The notes beneath the pieces are model-generated. The model searched no databases. It saw only the letters and a list, made by a program, of their open reading frames with translations, and was not told the origin of the DNA. A program made the translations under genes and the position numbers. A DNA stretch of 58,947 nucleotides, filler included, from Sphacelaria rigidula (lineage: Eukaryota), in NCBI GenBank assembly GCA_964200075.2. It is 7 parts of 7 records of this genome, joined end to end, with 100 filler letters (N's around TTAATTAATTAA, not from the genome) between each part and the next. Parts side by side here need not be neighbours in the genome. Positions count along the whole stretch, not along the records: positions 8,437 to 16,772 come from CAXNAA020011478.1; positions 16,873 to 25,208 come from CAXNAA020011479.1; positions 25,309 to 33,643 come from CAXNAA020011480.1; 4 more parts are not named here. One strand, 5' to 3'. Below are positions 14,085 to 25,539 of this stretch, piece after piece. Position 1 is the stretch's first letter. Each line of letters opens with the position of its first letter.

Positions 14085-14690
14085 TTGTCAGGCCGCTCCT
14101 CATGGCAGACAAGACAAAAATCTGGAAAAGTGCCTTTTTGGAGCTTGTACGTCGTTTCACGCCCTATGAGATAGCTATTATAGGCGGATTTTGACACCTT
14201 GAAATCCCTTGCTAAAGTCGTTCAGACGGTTCCAGCACACCTGGGCATTTTCCCCGTGGTGACAGTTTTGTTTTTGGCCAACCTTGCATTTTTCTTGGAG
14301 ACCGGTGAAGTCCAGACAAATCTCAGATATTTTTCTGGGCTTCACCGGCCTCCAAGGAAAATGAGCGGTCTCCGGGGAAAATCGGTGGTCTCCAAGAAAA
14401 TGCAAGTTGGGCAAGGAAAAAACTGCGGCCACCCGAAAAACGCATAGGTGTGGTCTTAGCGGGTACAGCAAGACATTCCACGGTGTCGAGATTCGCCCAG
14501 CTCTCTTTAACCCTTAGACCGCGAGGTTAGTCTTCTGTTGAACCGGCATCAATTTCAAGTGAAAAAAACATGCATGATCCAGAACGACTAATCTCGCGGT
14601 CTAAGGGTCAAGGAGATTAAAGGACGTAGAAGCTCCACAAAGGCACTTTTCCAAATGTTTACTTTTGTCCGCCATAAGGGGCGGCCCAAA
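14085..14690. mobile_element. Inverted-repeat element (arms ~14085-14165 and ~14612-14690) with a nested piggyBac-type MITE
   Basis: GGCCGCTCCTCATGGCAGACAA..GGAAAAGTGCCTTTTTGGAGCTT.TACGTC is the inverse of GACGTAGAAGCTCCACAAAGGCACTTTTCC..TTGTCCGCCATAAGGGGCGGCC. Confidence 0.65.
14511..14607. mobile_element. piggyBac-type ~100-bp MITE
   Basis: TTAA|CCCTTAGACCGCGAG ... CTCGCGGTCTAAGGG|TCAA; the interior matches the inverse of 17998-18097. Confidence 0.85.
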
Positions 14691-15014
14691 AAAAAACTGG
14701 CAGGCTGCAGAAGATTTAGATTTGGAGAGGGGGGTGGAATCGCGGCGATCAATCGCCATATTTCTTTTTACGATACTTTTTTGTGACATTCCTTTTTTCG
14801 CCCCGTTGAGACATGAGCTGAGTATCTCAACACGCCGACCTTTTTTATGGCAAGTTGATGGCAAACAGTACATTTTTGCGCAATAGATAATTTCCCAACT
14901 GTCATTGTCATGCGTCCAAAATCTGAAATAATTTACCCCTACCCCACCCATCCCTCCACCGCGATCTGCTTCCACAAATGGAATTAATGTTTCGAAGACC
15001 AGAAAGCGAATTTC

Positions 15015-15770
15015 ATGCCGGGACCAGGACATGGGCGAGGGCGAGGCAGACCCGGGCGTGTCGTTCATCATGCTCCGCCACGGAGACCAGTGTTTCGACC
15101 CGCTTTTCGTCGACCTGCTTTTCGTCGGCGTGGTCCATGGGGTGGTCCTTGGTACTGCTGGCCGATTTTGTGGTTGGCGCTGTTCCTGATCTTGTCTAGC
15201 ATCGGCGTGTCGTTGATACCGTCGTTTGTCTCGTGTGCTATCGATTCTTCTGACCGGGGCAATGATTCGAAGGTGATACATACTGTTGCTCTTGTTGTTA
15301 CTACGGTAGCGCGGCTTAGTTCTTGAGTAGCTGTTGAGCCGTGAACGTGATGAGTGTACGTGCGATTATTGCAGTCAATCGTTGACGGGTGCTGAGAGAA
15401 ACACGATGTTTACCGTGAAGTTGTAGGCGTTACGTCTGTGGGACGGGCTATTCTGCAGATAGTCTCTTGTGCGAGTGGAGTGGAAATGGTGGCGTAACTT
15501 GCCCCTCGTACATGATTCCAGTTTCGATTAAATAATATTTGACGTAATAAGAAATGAAACACGTACCCTTCGTTCCTTCCCTCTCTGTTGTTTTTTATGT
15601 GCTGCTGCGGCTTGCCACATTGGCCATGTCCCACCGTGCCTCGCGCGCCCTGTCTGCTGCCCTCCACTGTTGCAGACGTCGTTGGACAAGTGTGAGGAAT
15701 ATGCAGCTATTTATGTCACGGTCCTGGGGTTCATCATGATATGCTGCTGCTGCTGCTGCATTAGCCGCGG
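15015..15770 (+). CDS. Hypothetical small two-pass membrane protein with a Cys6 tract. Exons 15015-15272 and 15676-15770; 3' end not found
   Basis: ATG at 15015, R/P/G-rich N-terminus and hydrophobic WPILWLALFLILSSIGVSLIPSFV, then donor AAG|GTGATA. The phase-0 exon after TTGCAG reads TSLDKCEEYAAIYVTVLGFIMICCCCCCISR and ends at a strong donor GG|GTGAGT. Confidence 0.65.
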
Positions 15771-16772
15771 GTGAGTTACTTCACTACAGAGAAAGTAGGA
15801 GGACAAATGGCACTACGGCGCACTATGTTGTAAACGCTGTACGCGGAGACAGAACGGAACGTAGCGTTGTGGCAATGTAGAGGTGCCTCTCAATACATTA
15901 TTCAGGTCGGTCTAGGCTGTCAATATATAAGCGCAATGTTGTGAGCCAATTATTGCCCCTGCAGATACTTTGAGGCTAGGGCGGGTGTACAGTCGTTCGT
16001 TGGTGACCACGGGTTGTGCAGTGACACGTTTGCATTGCGGTGATGTTAGAATGGTCGCAGCGTTGATATTTGATTGTTTAACGTTTTCATACCGTTTTTG
16101 TTGCTTGTTGCTTGTTGCTTGTTGTTGCCGATTTTTGTTCTATGCCGATGGTTAAAGCGTTGCGTTTCTTGCATGTGCTCTTAAGGGAAATCCTGGCATA
16201 GTGTGTTTGTGTGCTACGATACTTTGATATGGTCAAGGCAGTACGTTGATGGAAGCAGTGGTTCATTTGTCATTTCGTCCCGGAGTTTTTGCGAGCGCAT
16301 GGCGCCACTCGACTGTAGTATCGCATTGCTCAACCAACAGCGCATCACTGGATAGGATGTTGCATTCCCTCGTACGATGATGTCATTATCACTTGACTTC
16401 TTACGCGTCGGTAAGCCGAGACTTGGACATCCCTACGTATTGTACTGTCATGTGTGCCATGCTCGTGGGAAGCTGTTCTAAGAGCTGCATGTCGCTGTGC
16501 AACGTCTCCTGCTGTCCAAGTTGTGACACCATGATGTTCCTCGATAGATGCGTTGGCTGCACAGTCTCATCGCGTGCTCTACTGTGGTTCTCATGACATC
16601 GGCCTGTCTGTGTCCAAGTACCAGGCGTCCATAGTGTCAATTGTGTGCCTTGAACTCGACAGTCGACCGTCTCCTCAACGCTTATAATTCTCGCCCCCCC
16701 CCCACCCCCCATGCTCCGTCTCGAAAGGGATGCGTGGTCAATGGTCAAACGACTAAGGCAAGCAACAAATGA

Positions 16773-16872
16773 NNNNNNNNNNNNNNNNNNNNNNNNNNNN
16801 NNNNNNNNNNNNNNNNTTAATTAATTAANNNNNNNNNNNNNNNNNNNNNNNNNNNNNNNNNNNNNNNNNNNN
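16773..16872. other. Artificial contig linker
   Basis: N44-TTAATTAATTAA-N44. Confidence 0.99.
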
Positions 16873-17997
16873 AACCATTTATTGTGGGAAAAACCTCAGT
16901 TGTAAATCCTCAGTTTTCCATCAACGGTTCCAAAAAGGGTTAACAGAACACGTCACACTTACGTCACGTCACAACGGTGTGATGTGAAGTGAAGTGACAT
17001 TTTATGACTTTCAAAATTGATACGTCACATCGACGTATTTTGGAACGTTTCTTGTGACGTCACTTATACGTTGCATGTTTGTGACGTCTAAATTAACGTC
17101 ATGAACACCACACGCTGAACTTGCACTACAATTATTATTCGTGGGCACATACATGTACATGTATCATTTAACATTTTTTCCCACTTTTGCCGAGTTTTCT
17201 CTGGCGACAAGGCATTTTTTCCCGCGCTTACCCTTGCAGCGCACTAAGGAGGCTCAGCGATACATTACCGTCCAGGTTTGGGTGTCATCTGATACCCGTG
17301 GCGCGTGTTCTGGCCACCGAAAGTCGCTCAAACTGGCCCTCTATCGCGGGGTGTCGATTCCGAACCACAAAAGCCTTCTCAAGATCGTGGAAAACTTGAA
17401 ACAGAAACCCGAACCACAAAAGCCTGTTGAAGATCATGCAAAACCTCAAACATGATTACTTGTGGGGTGGTAGTTTTTTCCCGTGTTTCTCCTTGTCGCG
17501 TTCTCGTTCATTTGGGAGCACGAACACACCGGTTATGCCGTCAATATCACGAGAACATGAGAGCAGAGCAGCTGAAAACATTTGAACATTGCCTTGGCCG
17601 TAGTCAGCAGCAAGCTCAAGACCGTGCGATGGGCCGTTGGCGAGTTGAACAAGGCACAGCCCCGCTTTAGCACAGGAATGTTTTGCCGCAAAAAAAATCA
17701 CCCGGTTTAAAAAAAAGGCTCGGTAATGTGGAAGCCACAATGATGTACCAAGAACATGTCAGGGATGTTCCACGCATTCCATGTTTTCAGGAAGTGTCTC
17801 CTGCTGCGATATCTTTGTGGCACGAGAGCTACTTCGCACTCCGGCACCTCGGAAATACCACACATGTCCTAGGCCGGTGGTTCCGCCGTCGGCCTCCGTC
17901 CGAATTCCCATATTTCCGAACGACATCCGATAACACATGCAATGTTTTATACAGCCACAGTCACTACTATACATTGGGATACAACAGCCTCTCTTAA

Positions 17998-18097
17998 CCC
18001 TTGGACCGCGATGCTGGTAGTCCATCTGAATCACGATACTTTTTTCAAGCGGAATTGATGCCGATTCAGCAGGTGACCTGCCCTCGCGGTCAAAGGG
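17998..18097. mobile_element. piggyBac-type 100-bp MITE with intact TTAA target-site duplication
   Basis: TTAA(17994-17997)|CCCTTGGACCGCGA ... TCGCGGTCAAAGGG|TTAA(18098-18101). Degenerate copies lie at ~8136-8209 and ~22415-22528. Confidence 0.9.
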
Positions 18098-18704
18098 TTA
18101 ACCACGTATTTTCGACGTGCGTCACTCCCCGGAGGCCCGTACCAACCTCCCGATGGGGAACCTTGTATATGATATGATATGATGCATGAGTTCAAGAAGA
18201 GTGTCGCATACGTCATCATAATATGCACGCGATGTAAGCGCATGTTCAGCGCCATAGCATGCACCGCCGCACCGCACCCAGTCATAAAACACGTAATGTC
18301 TGCAAATGTAGGGGCGAAAATCGCACATACGAAAGTACGAGTTTCGAATTTCCGAATATCGCAGGTTACTTTCATCACTACATGTCACAAACGTCACGTC
18401 AAGTCACAATGGTGTGACGTGAGGTGACGTATTCTTTTCAAGACGTCGCAAGTGTGACGTGACGTAGGGTAAAACGAGCTTGTGACGTCGTTGATAAATT
18501 CAGTGGCTCTACTGCTGTTCTGTAGTTTTGTTCTTGATTCATTTGGTTTTTGCTTTGTTTTGTTTGTCTGTTTTATCCTTCTTCTTTTTTGCTACGATCC
18601 TTTTGGTTTTCACCTCTTAGTCTACCACGTCGTTCTGTTCGATTTTTTTTATCTGTTCCTTTTTTCTTCAGCCAGTGTTTCACTTTTGTTTTTCTTGGGT
18701 ACGT

Positions 18705-18770
18705 CTATCATGAGCCCACGGCCGGACCCCTGGGGGGTCAGTTAAAGTGCGATAATCAATCAATCAAACA
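18705..18770 (+). repeat. LINE-like 3' end with a (CAAT)n tail
   Basis: CTATCATGAGCCCACGGCCGGACCCCTGGGGGGTCAGTTAAAGTGCGATAATCAATCAATC is nearly identical to 35775-35868 and is preceded by a T-rich 3'UTR-like tract. Confidence 0.7.
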
Positions 18771-18976
18771 AAAACAATCTGTTGTTGTTGGAGTTCTGTT
18801 CTCCTGTTTGTTTGCCGTGCTTATATATTGGATTCGAGCGGTTTTGTGAGGTTTTTGTACCTCATCTTGGCACAATGTAGCCATCATGTCGTGTTTCTGC
18901 CTTGATGACGTCCGCCCAGCAAACGCGGCTGGACTCGCAGCGGATCATCAGTCCATGTGTTGTAGTAGTACCAGAA

Positions 18977-19398
18977 AACAGCGGATTCTCAAAAATGAGG
19001 TTGTAAAACAAAATGAGATGCAACTCAAAAGCAGTGCTTTTCCGTGACCTGAAGTCATGACAAATGACTTTCATATGGACGACCTTATCCCTCCCGACCT
19101 CCTAAAACTATTTCCAAGGGTTTCCAGCCTTGCGTTCCCCCGAAGGGTATGTGCGAAAGCACGATTTTGGGGCCACAGAGCGTCTTTTTTCACCCCGAAA
19201 TTGAGGCAAAAATGTGCTTTCGCACGTACCCTTTTGGGGAACGGAAACTTAGATTCCCCCGAAATAGTTTTAGGGGTGTCGGGAGGGATGAGGCCGTCCA
19301 TATGAAAGTCATTTTCCATGGCTTGAGGTCAGGGAAAGCACTGCTTATGAGTTGCACCTCAACTTTTTGTTCAATCCCATTTTTGAGAAGCCGCTGTT
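18977..19398. mobile_element. Foldback MITE, ~420 bp, almost entirely palindromic, 4-bp TSD AGAA
   Basis: Arms of ~190 bp (AACAGCGG.TTCTCAAAAATG..ATGACTTTCATATGGACG..TCCCTCCCGAC.CCTAAAACTATTTC..GTGCGAAAGCAC) are mirrored on the right. AGAA occurs at 18973-18976 and 19399-19402. Confidence 0.85.
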
Positions 19399-20636
19399 AG
19401 AATAGATCTGCATGCACGCCCTGCTGGGTGAGCAAAAACGTACACTGACAGATTGCTATGTTTTGATGTCCTACAGAATGCCAACCGATTACCAGGTGTC
19501 GCCAACGTATGATCTGCACATACTTGCGTTTGTATGTATACATCATGGGGCCTGCGCCCATCTTATTATCTCACCAGACTATATTATCATCGCGCACCAA
19601 GAATGCATTCATGTATTTCTTTGGATTTGCAACGTGAGAGTGAGGAACGCATGAACGATAGAGTTGCTGAAAAGCATTGCTGCAACGTCAGAATAGCGAT
19701 CAGAACGCGCCTCATGCTCGAACAATGCAGCCACTACGCACGTCCCGAACCAAGTTACGTTACATGAGACGTTACAACGTCGTATGTAGCGTTCAATTGC
19801 CCTCAGCACGGTCAAAGTGTAACGATGAAAACGACGACACACATCACAAATGTAACGTATTATATACGTCACACGTCACACATATAAACTTTTCAAAACA
19901 CGTCATGGTGACGTGACGTGACGTATTAGTATTTAGACGTCAAATTGGTGACATCACTTGTAACGTGTAACGTTAAGTGCCCTGAAATTTTCGTGTTAGG
20001 GGAAACCTGTCTCCAAAGCACTACATTTTTTGCTCTCCTCCCCCCCTTCCTCGTTCCGTTTTTTTCTTCTACTCTTCTCTTTTTGCCATCGTTTGTCTTT
20101 TTCTTCTTTCGTTCATGTTTTGTTACTCTTCCTCTTTTCAGTGTTTTCCTTTTCGATAATATGGAGGCTATGTTTTGAAAGGTTAGACGCCAAGAAAATC
20201 CGCACCCAGCCTGTGGTGACGCCGAATCTTGGACGAGGTGTTGATTGCTACTACAGCAAGGTGTCGGAGCCGCAGCCGTGGCTGCACAAGGCGCTGAGGG
20301 CCCGGTCTGCGTTGAAAAGGTGGATACTATCCACACCAAATTATATTCTTATTTACCACCTCCTGCTGATGACGATTATAGTAGGTACAATTTCGGTCAT
20401 GCTTGTAGACCGCAACGGATGCTTCCGGCTTCATCGTCAATCTTCGCTCAGTTAGGGATGAACGCTCGCAGAAAACCAGAAAAGAGGCAGCATCTAGGCC
20501 CCACCATATATGTGAGGGTCTAGGCTGAACGTTTGCCGGTCCGGAAAGATCGACACGTCAAGGGTAAGCCTCTCTCACGCGACCGCTGCGTTCTGTCATG
20601 GACCCTCCCCCCCGAATCCGACGAAGTGAGCGACAT

Positions 20637-21350
20637 CCCCGTACAGACAGTAGCAATGCTAGCGGATACAAGACCCTGACAGTCTGGCAGTCGACAAGGT
20701 AGCTATCGTAGTGTCCTTCGAGCGATATCAACATACAGCGCACTGGAGCAGAGTTTGCTGGTGAATATTTTGGCGATTGCCTCACCTGCAGCTCGCCCAT
20801 ATGTTGCGGATTTTTTTACGATCTCACACAGTAACAATATGTATGTATGGGAATGTACCAGGCCCTGGACAAGGAATTCTACGGTCAGTACGAACACAAC
20901 GTTAAGAGCGTACTGCGCACAGTATAAAATGTATTGCCGGCTGTAATTTGTGTAATACTAATACTCGTACTTGAAGTCGGTAACTGCGACGCTACATTTC
21001 GAGACAACAGTGTGTCACGCTCTCCAGGGGGTGAAATACTACAGGCGGCCTTTCCCTCCTGCGTGCACCACCTGCGGCAAACGCACGCTGGAGCTGCAAC
21101 ACGTAGAGCTTTACAAAGTGTGTCGTAGCGATATAGCGCGTAGCGCGGGGTGATATCCCGCGTACACGTTGGCTGCAGATACAAGCGGTTGCGTTCATGA
21201 TGTGGCGAAGTACATAGAACAGCGCGAAATCAATGCAGCACAGGGATAGGCGAAGGATGTGACGTACTGTGGTGTGCTTTGTCCCCCTGCACCCTGCCAC
21301 TGTGCAGTGATCAGGTAGTACCGCCCAAGGCATCACGCTGCGGTTGGTAC
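20637..21350 (-). repeat. ~800-bp dispersed repeat (copy 2)
   Basis: Inverse of ~5190-6000. Confidence 0.85.
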
Positions 21351-23039
21351 GCTGTGTCGAACACAGCAGCGAACAGCATATTTATGGTACAAGGATGTGT
21401 GTTTCAACACCGATGCAAACAGAGTGGGGGCCTGCATGTAGAGAAAGAACCCTGCACCAACTTTGGCCTGTTCTAGCGGATGCAGACATCTTTTCAGCAA
21501 ATACCGCTTGCGACATGTGCTGCAACAAATCTCGTGAGTCATGCAGCTTCCTCCAATGTGGAGCATCGCCCGTGAAGCGAGCTGTTGAAGCTGACAGGGC
21601 CTAACCCTCTTCCCACGATGACCTCCTGTCTGACCTCGAGATACAAGCTGGGCCAGCTTAAAAGCTGCTAAAACTTGCTCACACCACAGCTTTCCCAGTT
21701 TCCCGAATTATTCCGATGAAAGCATAACACTGTGAAGTGTAGACCAACCTGGTGACACACGGCACCGCCGCTGAATGAAAAAAGAAAAAAGAAAAAATGT
21801 ACTGCATAATGTATAACCTTAACGACGGACGAAAAAAAAGAGGATCTGTCGGGATTCGAACTCATGGCATTCATAATTAAAGTCTCCCATCACGTGATTT
21901 ATAGGGGTGCAGCATCGTCGCGGGAAATGTTAAACGCACGGCCCAATTCGACGAGTCTTGAGCTGAAACTTCAGGAAGACTTTCTGCGCCCAAGGGACTG
22001 ATACTTCACGTGTCCAGCTGCAGATTCTCCTTTTTTTCCTAGACTCACGGCATTATCTTGTTTTTGCCGAAATTTTGAATGCCCATAACTTCTTATTAAT
22101 TTTTATTTGCTGGACCCGTGATCTTCTGTATTTCGATCATGAAAAGCTGCTGTCAAAATTTCAGCGTCCAACTCCTGATATCGCGCCGTGCGTCGCCTGA
22201 GCGAGATTCACACGTACTATTGGCTGGCCCAGCTCGTAATTGAAACTGCGGAACATGACTTCATCTTGTAGAACGCACACGTCACCGTGACAAAATCTTC
22301 CGTACTATCAAAAGGGGACAAACACTGTTTTCACTTGATCGATTACCTGTCTCGAGTTTTTTTTTCCAGCTAGTGTTTTCGTTTTGCTCACGTCGGGTAC
22401 GTAACGTCTCTTGATCCTCTGACCGCGAGGGTGAGTCACCTGCTGAATCCTTTGACCGCGAGGTATCAATATTCCCTCGAAAAAAGTGCGCGTGATCCAG
22501 ATGGACTACCCGCACCGCTGTCTAAGGGTTAACTTGAGACCAATTACGACTGGATCTCCCGGGGAACAGATCAGTGAATGTGTGATAATCAATAATCCAA
22601 TCCATCCACCAACCCATAAATGAATGCCCTCACACAAACCTCGAACCACGTACACTCCTGCACCACTACCAAGCGTGTTAACCAACAGGAAACAGCACCC
22701 TACACTGTCATCTTTCGTGTGCTCGTGTCCCCCCGCCCCCCCCGACTCCCTCAGAGGTAGGCAACCGCCGCGGTCTGCAAAGATTGGCACGGGCGATGGT
22801 CGCCTCATTTCGGGGGAAGGAGAAACCCGACACCAAAAAAGGAAGACAAAAAATGTTTATTTCAGCTCTCTGCGCAGCATACGGGTGTTCAGCGTAGTCC
22901 TACATCCATTGCCAAGTGAAGCACAGGAATCGCAAGTCCGCACAATAGCAAGCAAGTCCGCACAATGAGGGTCATCACACTGTAGGTATCCTCGGGGAAC
23001 CTGTTATACCCCCCCCTCCCCCCCGTCCACAAAGGGTTG

Positions 23040-23525
23040 GTGGCGGTAACGGCAGCGACGCTGTAAAACACGCCACTCATTGCGTGAGCTAGGCAAACAC
23101 ATTACTGCTATCTTCTCGCTTGTGTTTTTCTTGCAGCCAACCATGATGGTGGTCGAGTTCGATAATGTTGTGGGGGGTTGGAGGACATCAACTCCGCGCG
23201 AAGGGGACGATATTACTATGTAGTGCTTGTGTGGTGAGACACCGATGAGGCGGTGTAATCCGTGGCTGTCTCTTGAAGTGGCGATACCAGAAAATGAAGC
23301 AACGTATTGTAGGCTGCCATCCATATGCAAGATAAACCGTACGCTTCGAGCGAAACATTCTTAACAGGATGCAGCTCAGCCTTTATGCGACTCGCCGAAC
23401 ACATCACGGGGTGATTGCAAGCCTTGTCCGGCGAAAACCGGGCGGGATCTGTCCCGGCTTTGTAGGAATGAGAGGTCGATGGTGTTATGACTACGGAATG
23501 CAAGATCATCTGTACACCCCCACTC
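23040..23525 (+). repeat. Modular dispersed repeat family A, long copy
   Basis: Collinear with 37270-37750; C-runs on both sides (23009-23024, 23517-23532). Confidence 0.85.
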
Positions 23526-23547
23526 CCCGCCCTTCGCCGCCACGCAC

Positions 23548-23677
23548 CTGCAGCTCGGCATCCATGTAGTAGTGAGCTACAACCCCCATATTCTTCGCAG
23601 TCAAGGAAGCATCTAGCTCGACAACAGTTGACGGGTCTGGGGTCATGAACGTCGCCTGGGTCTCCGCGAACGAACCC
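23548..23677 (-). CDS. nadA: Quinolinate synthase (plant/algal NadA-type), single internal exon
   Basis: TTTTTTAG|G GSFAETQATFMTPDPSTVVELDASLTAKNMGVVAHYYMDAELQ|GTGCGT matches the eukaryotic QS signature GSFAxAQAxxL.P....V.EL...L.xKxxGVVAH[FY]YMDxExQ. Confidence 0.85.
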
Positions 23678-25208
23678 CTAAAAAACAAGACAATAAAAAA
23701 TGCAAACAAAAATATCATTATAATTAATCAAGCAGAAGGCCATCGATAGGAGGAGCGAAGGTATGGAAGAGCATTTCGCTCGAGGGGGGCGAAAATTCCA
23801 ATTGACGTTTCTGTCGAGCGCTTAGCGGCGACCGGCCGTTTTTACACGCGGTGCATGTGTGCAATGTGTTGTGAGGTGTAAAGTTCCGGCGACAGCCGAA
23901 TGTTCCGGGGATGAAAAGGGTGCGTTGCCTTTTGTCGTGGTCAACGTACTCTTGGCTTTTTCGACTCCATCCCCTTCCCCTTCCCCCAGAGGAGACGGCG
24001 ATGGAGATCTTCACGCTATTTCATGCGGCTGTACTTTCGTACCTTCACCACTGTATTTCTTATTTTCGCACATTGGCCCGATCTCTCGTACCCGTTGTCG
24101 CGGACGTAGATTCGTCTTTCCAAATGATATGCAGGGAGTATTTCAGCGCGAAGATCAAGCTAGTGCCGTACTGCACAAAAGTGTAGACTTTGGCATCCTG
24201 TACATCAGCATAGCTCATGAGAAGTGGTCGTCAACACCCATGGCTGAACGCAGACCCGATTTTCATTCAGACTGTCACATTCGGATATTTCGGGGGCTCA
24301 CAGTTCCAGTCGTCAGCACAGCGTGTCCAGGACGTATTGGGGCGCGAATCGGCGCATTACGGTGCTCTGCCAGCGCCTATTTTACTTACGACAGTTCAAT
24401 CCAGCAAAATTCACTACTTGGTGGATTAGAATTTCCCCGGAATTTCATTACTTGATTCGAGTGCGAACACCGATATTGGTATCTTTAGTGGAGCTGACAG
24501 CCCGAAGTGTTCCTAGCGTGTGCAGAACGTGTTATCAAAAGAAACCGGCGACCTGGCGCCTGCGGCGCCGATTTGAGTTTCCCCAACGCCATACTTTGCC
24601 TAGGAAACACTTTGCACCCCCCTCGCCCGAGTGATCTCGGTACGCCTTGGGTTTGGGTTACGGTTAGGGTTTGCGGTAGTTTGAGATTATAGGTTCAAAA
24701 CAAAAAATCAAGAGTCAATCGACCAAGTGGTATACACTGACCAATCACTCCCGTGTGCCCGACGGTACTCGGCATGCCCTGGGTGGGGATTTGGGGTTAG
24801 CCTTCGAGGATTATGAGCCTCGCGTAGCATTTCACGAAAACGAAGAATGTGAAACCATGGACACATTGTCTGCCAGCTCGGGTACATGTACCTTCTGCAC
24901 GAGGGACTCCGCCCTTCGGAGGCTTACAGCTTTTTTCACACGCAAAGCTCAGCTTGTTCGAAGGTTCGTCCCTCACTGTTTCCGTTGCAAGTACCATAAA
25001 AAACGAATGGAACTTTTTGGTGAAGAAAACATTTCGAACACGTGCGTAAGGCCACGAGAAGACCCCGGCAACTTAGGCCCGGGGGGAAATGCTTCAAGGG
25101 TCGGACAGATAACGATTCGTCTGGAAATAACTTGGTTTTAGTATGACGAGTCGACTCGTGACAAATCAATCCCTAGGCTTTGTTTCAGCGTTACAACCCA
25201 GGTACACG

Positions 25209-25308
25209 NNNNNNNNNNNNNNNNNNNNNNNNNNNNNNNNNNNNNNNNNNNNTTAATTAATTAANNNNNNNNNNNNNNNNNNNNNNNNNNNNNNNNNNNN
25301 NNNNNNNN
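25209..25308. other. Artificial contig linker
   Basis: N44-TTAATTAATTAA-N44. Confidence 0.99.
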
Positions 25309-25539
25309 TGATTGACCGCTTTTCACTCTCAATCGTATCATCTACTCTCAATCTCACGAAAACACTGTTAGATGTTGTCGGCTGAATTTAGTACCGAATG
25401 TACAATTTTCTTTCTTGTCGCCTCCCTTCAATGTTTCCACGGTTTTTGTACACCGTTCTCTCTTTATCTCTTTGCAAGCGGGGGTCTGAGGGGTAGGGTG
25501 GAGGAGGGGAAGTGACTTCTAGTTTGTAGTCAGAGCATG

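Noticed and set aside
14601-15281. 226-aa minus-strand ORF
   Set aside because: Antisense shadow of the plus-strand membrane-protein exon, extending into MITE sequence.
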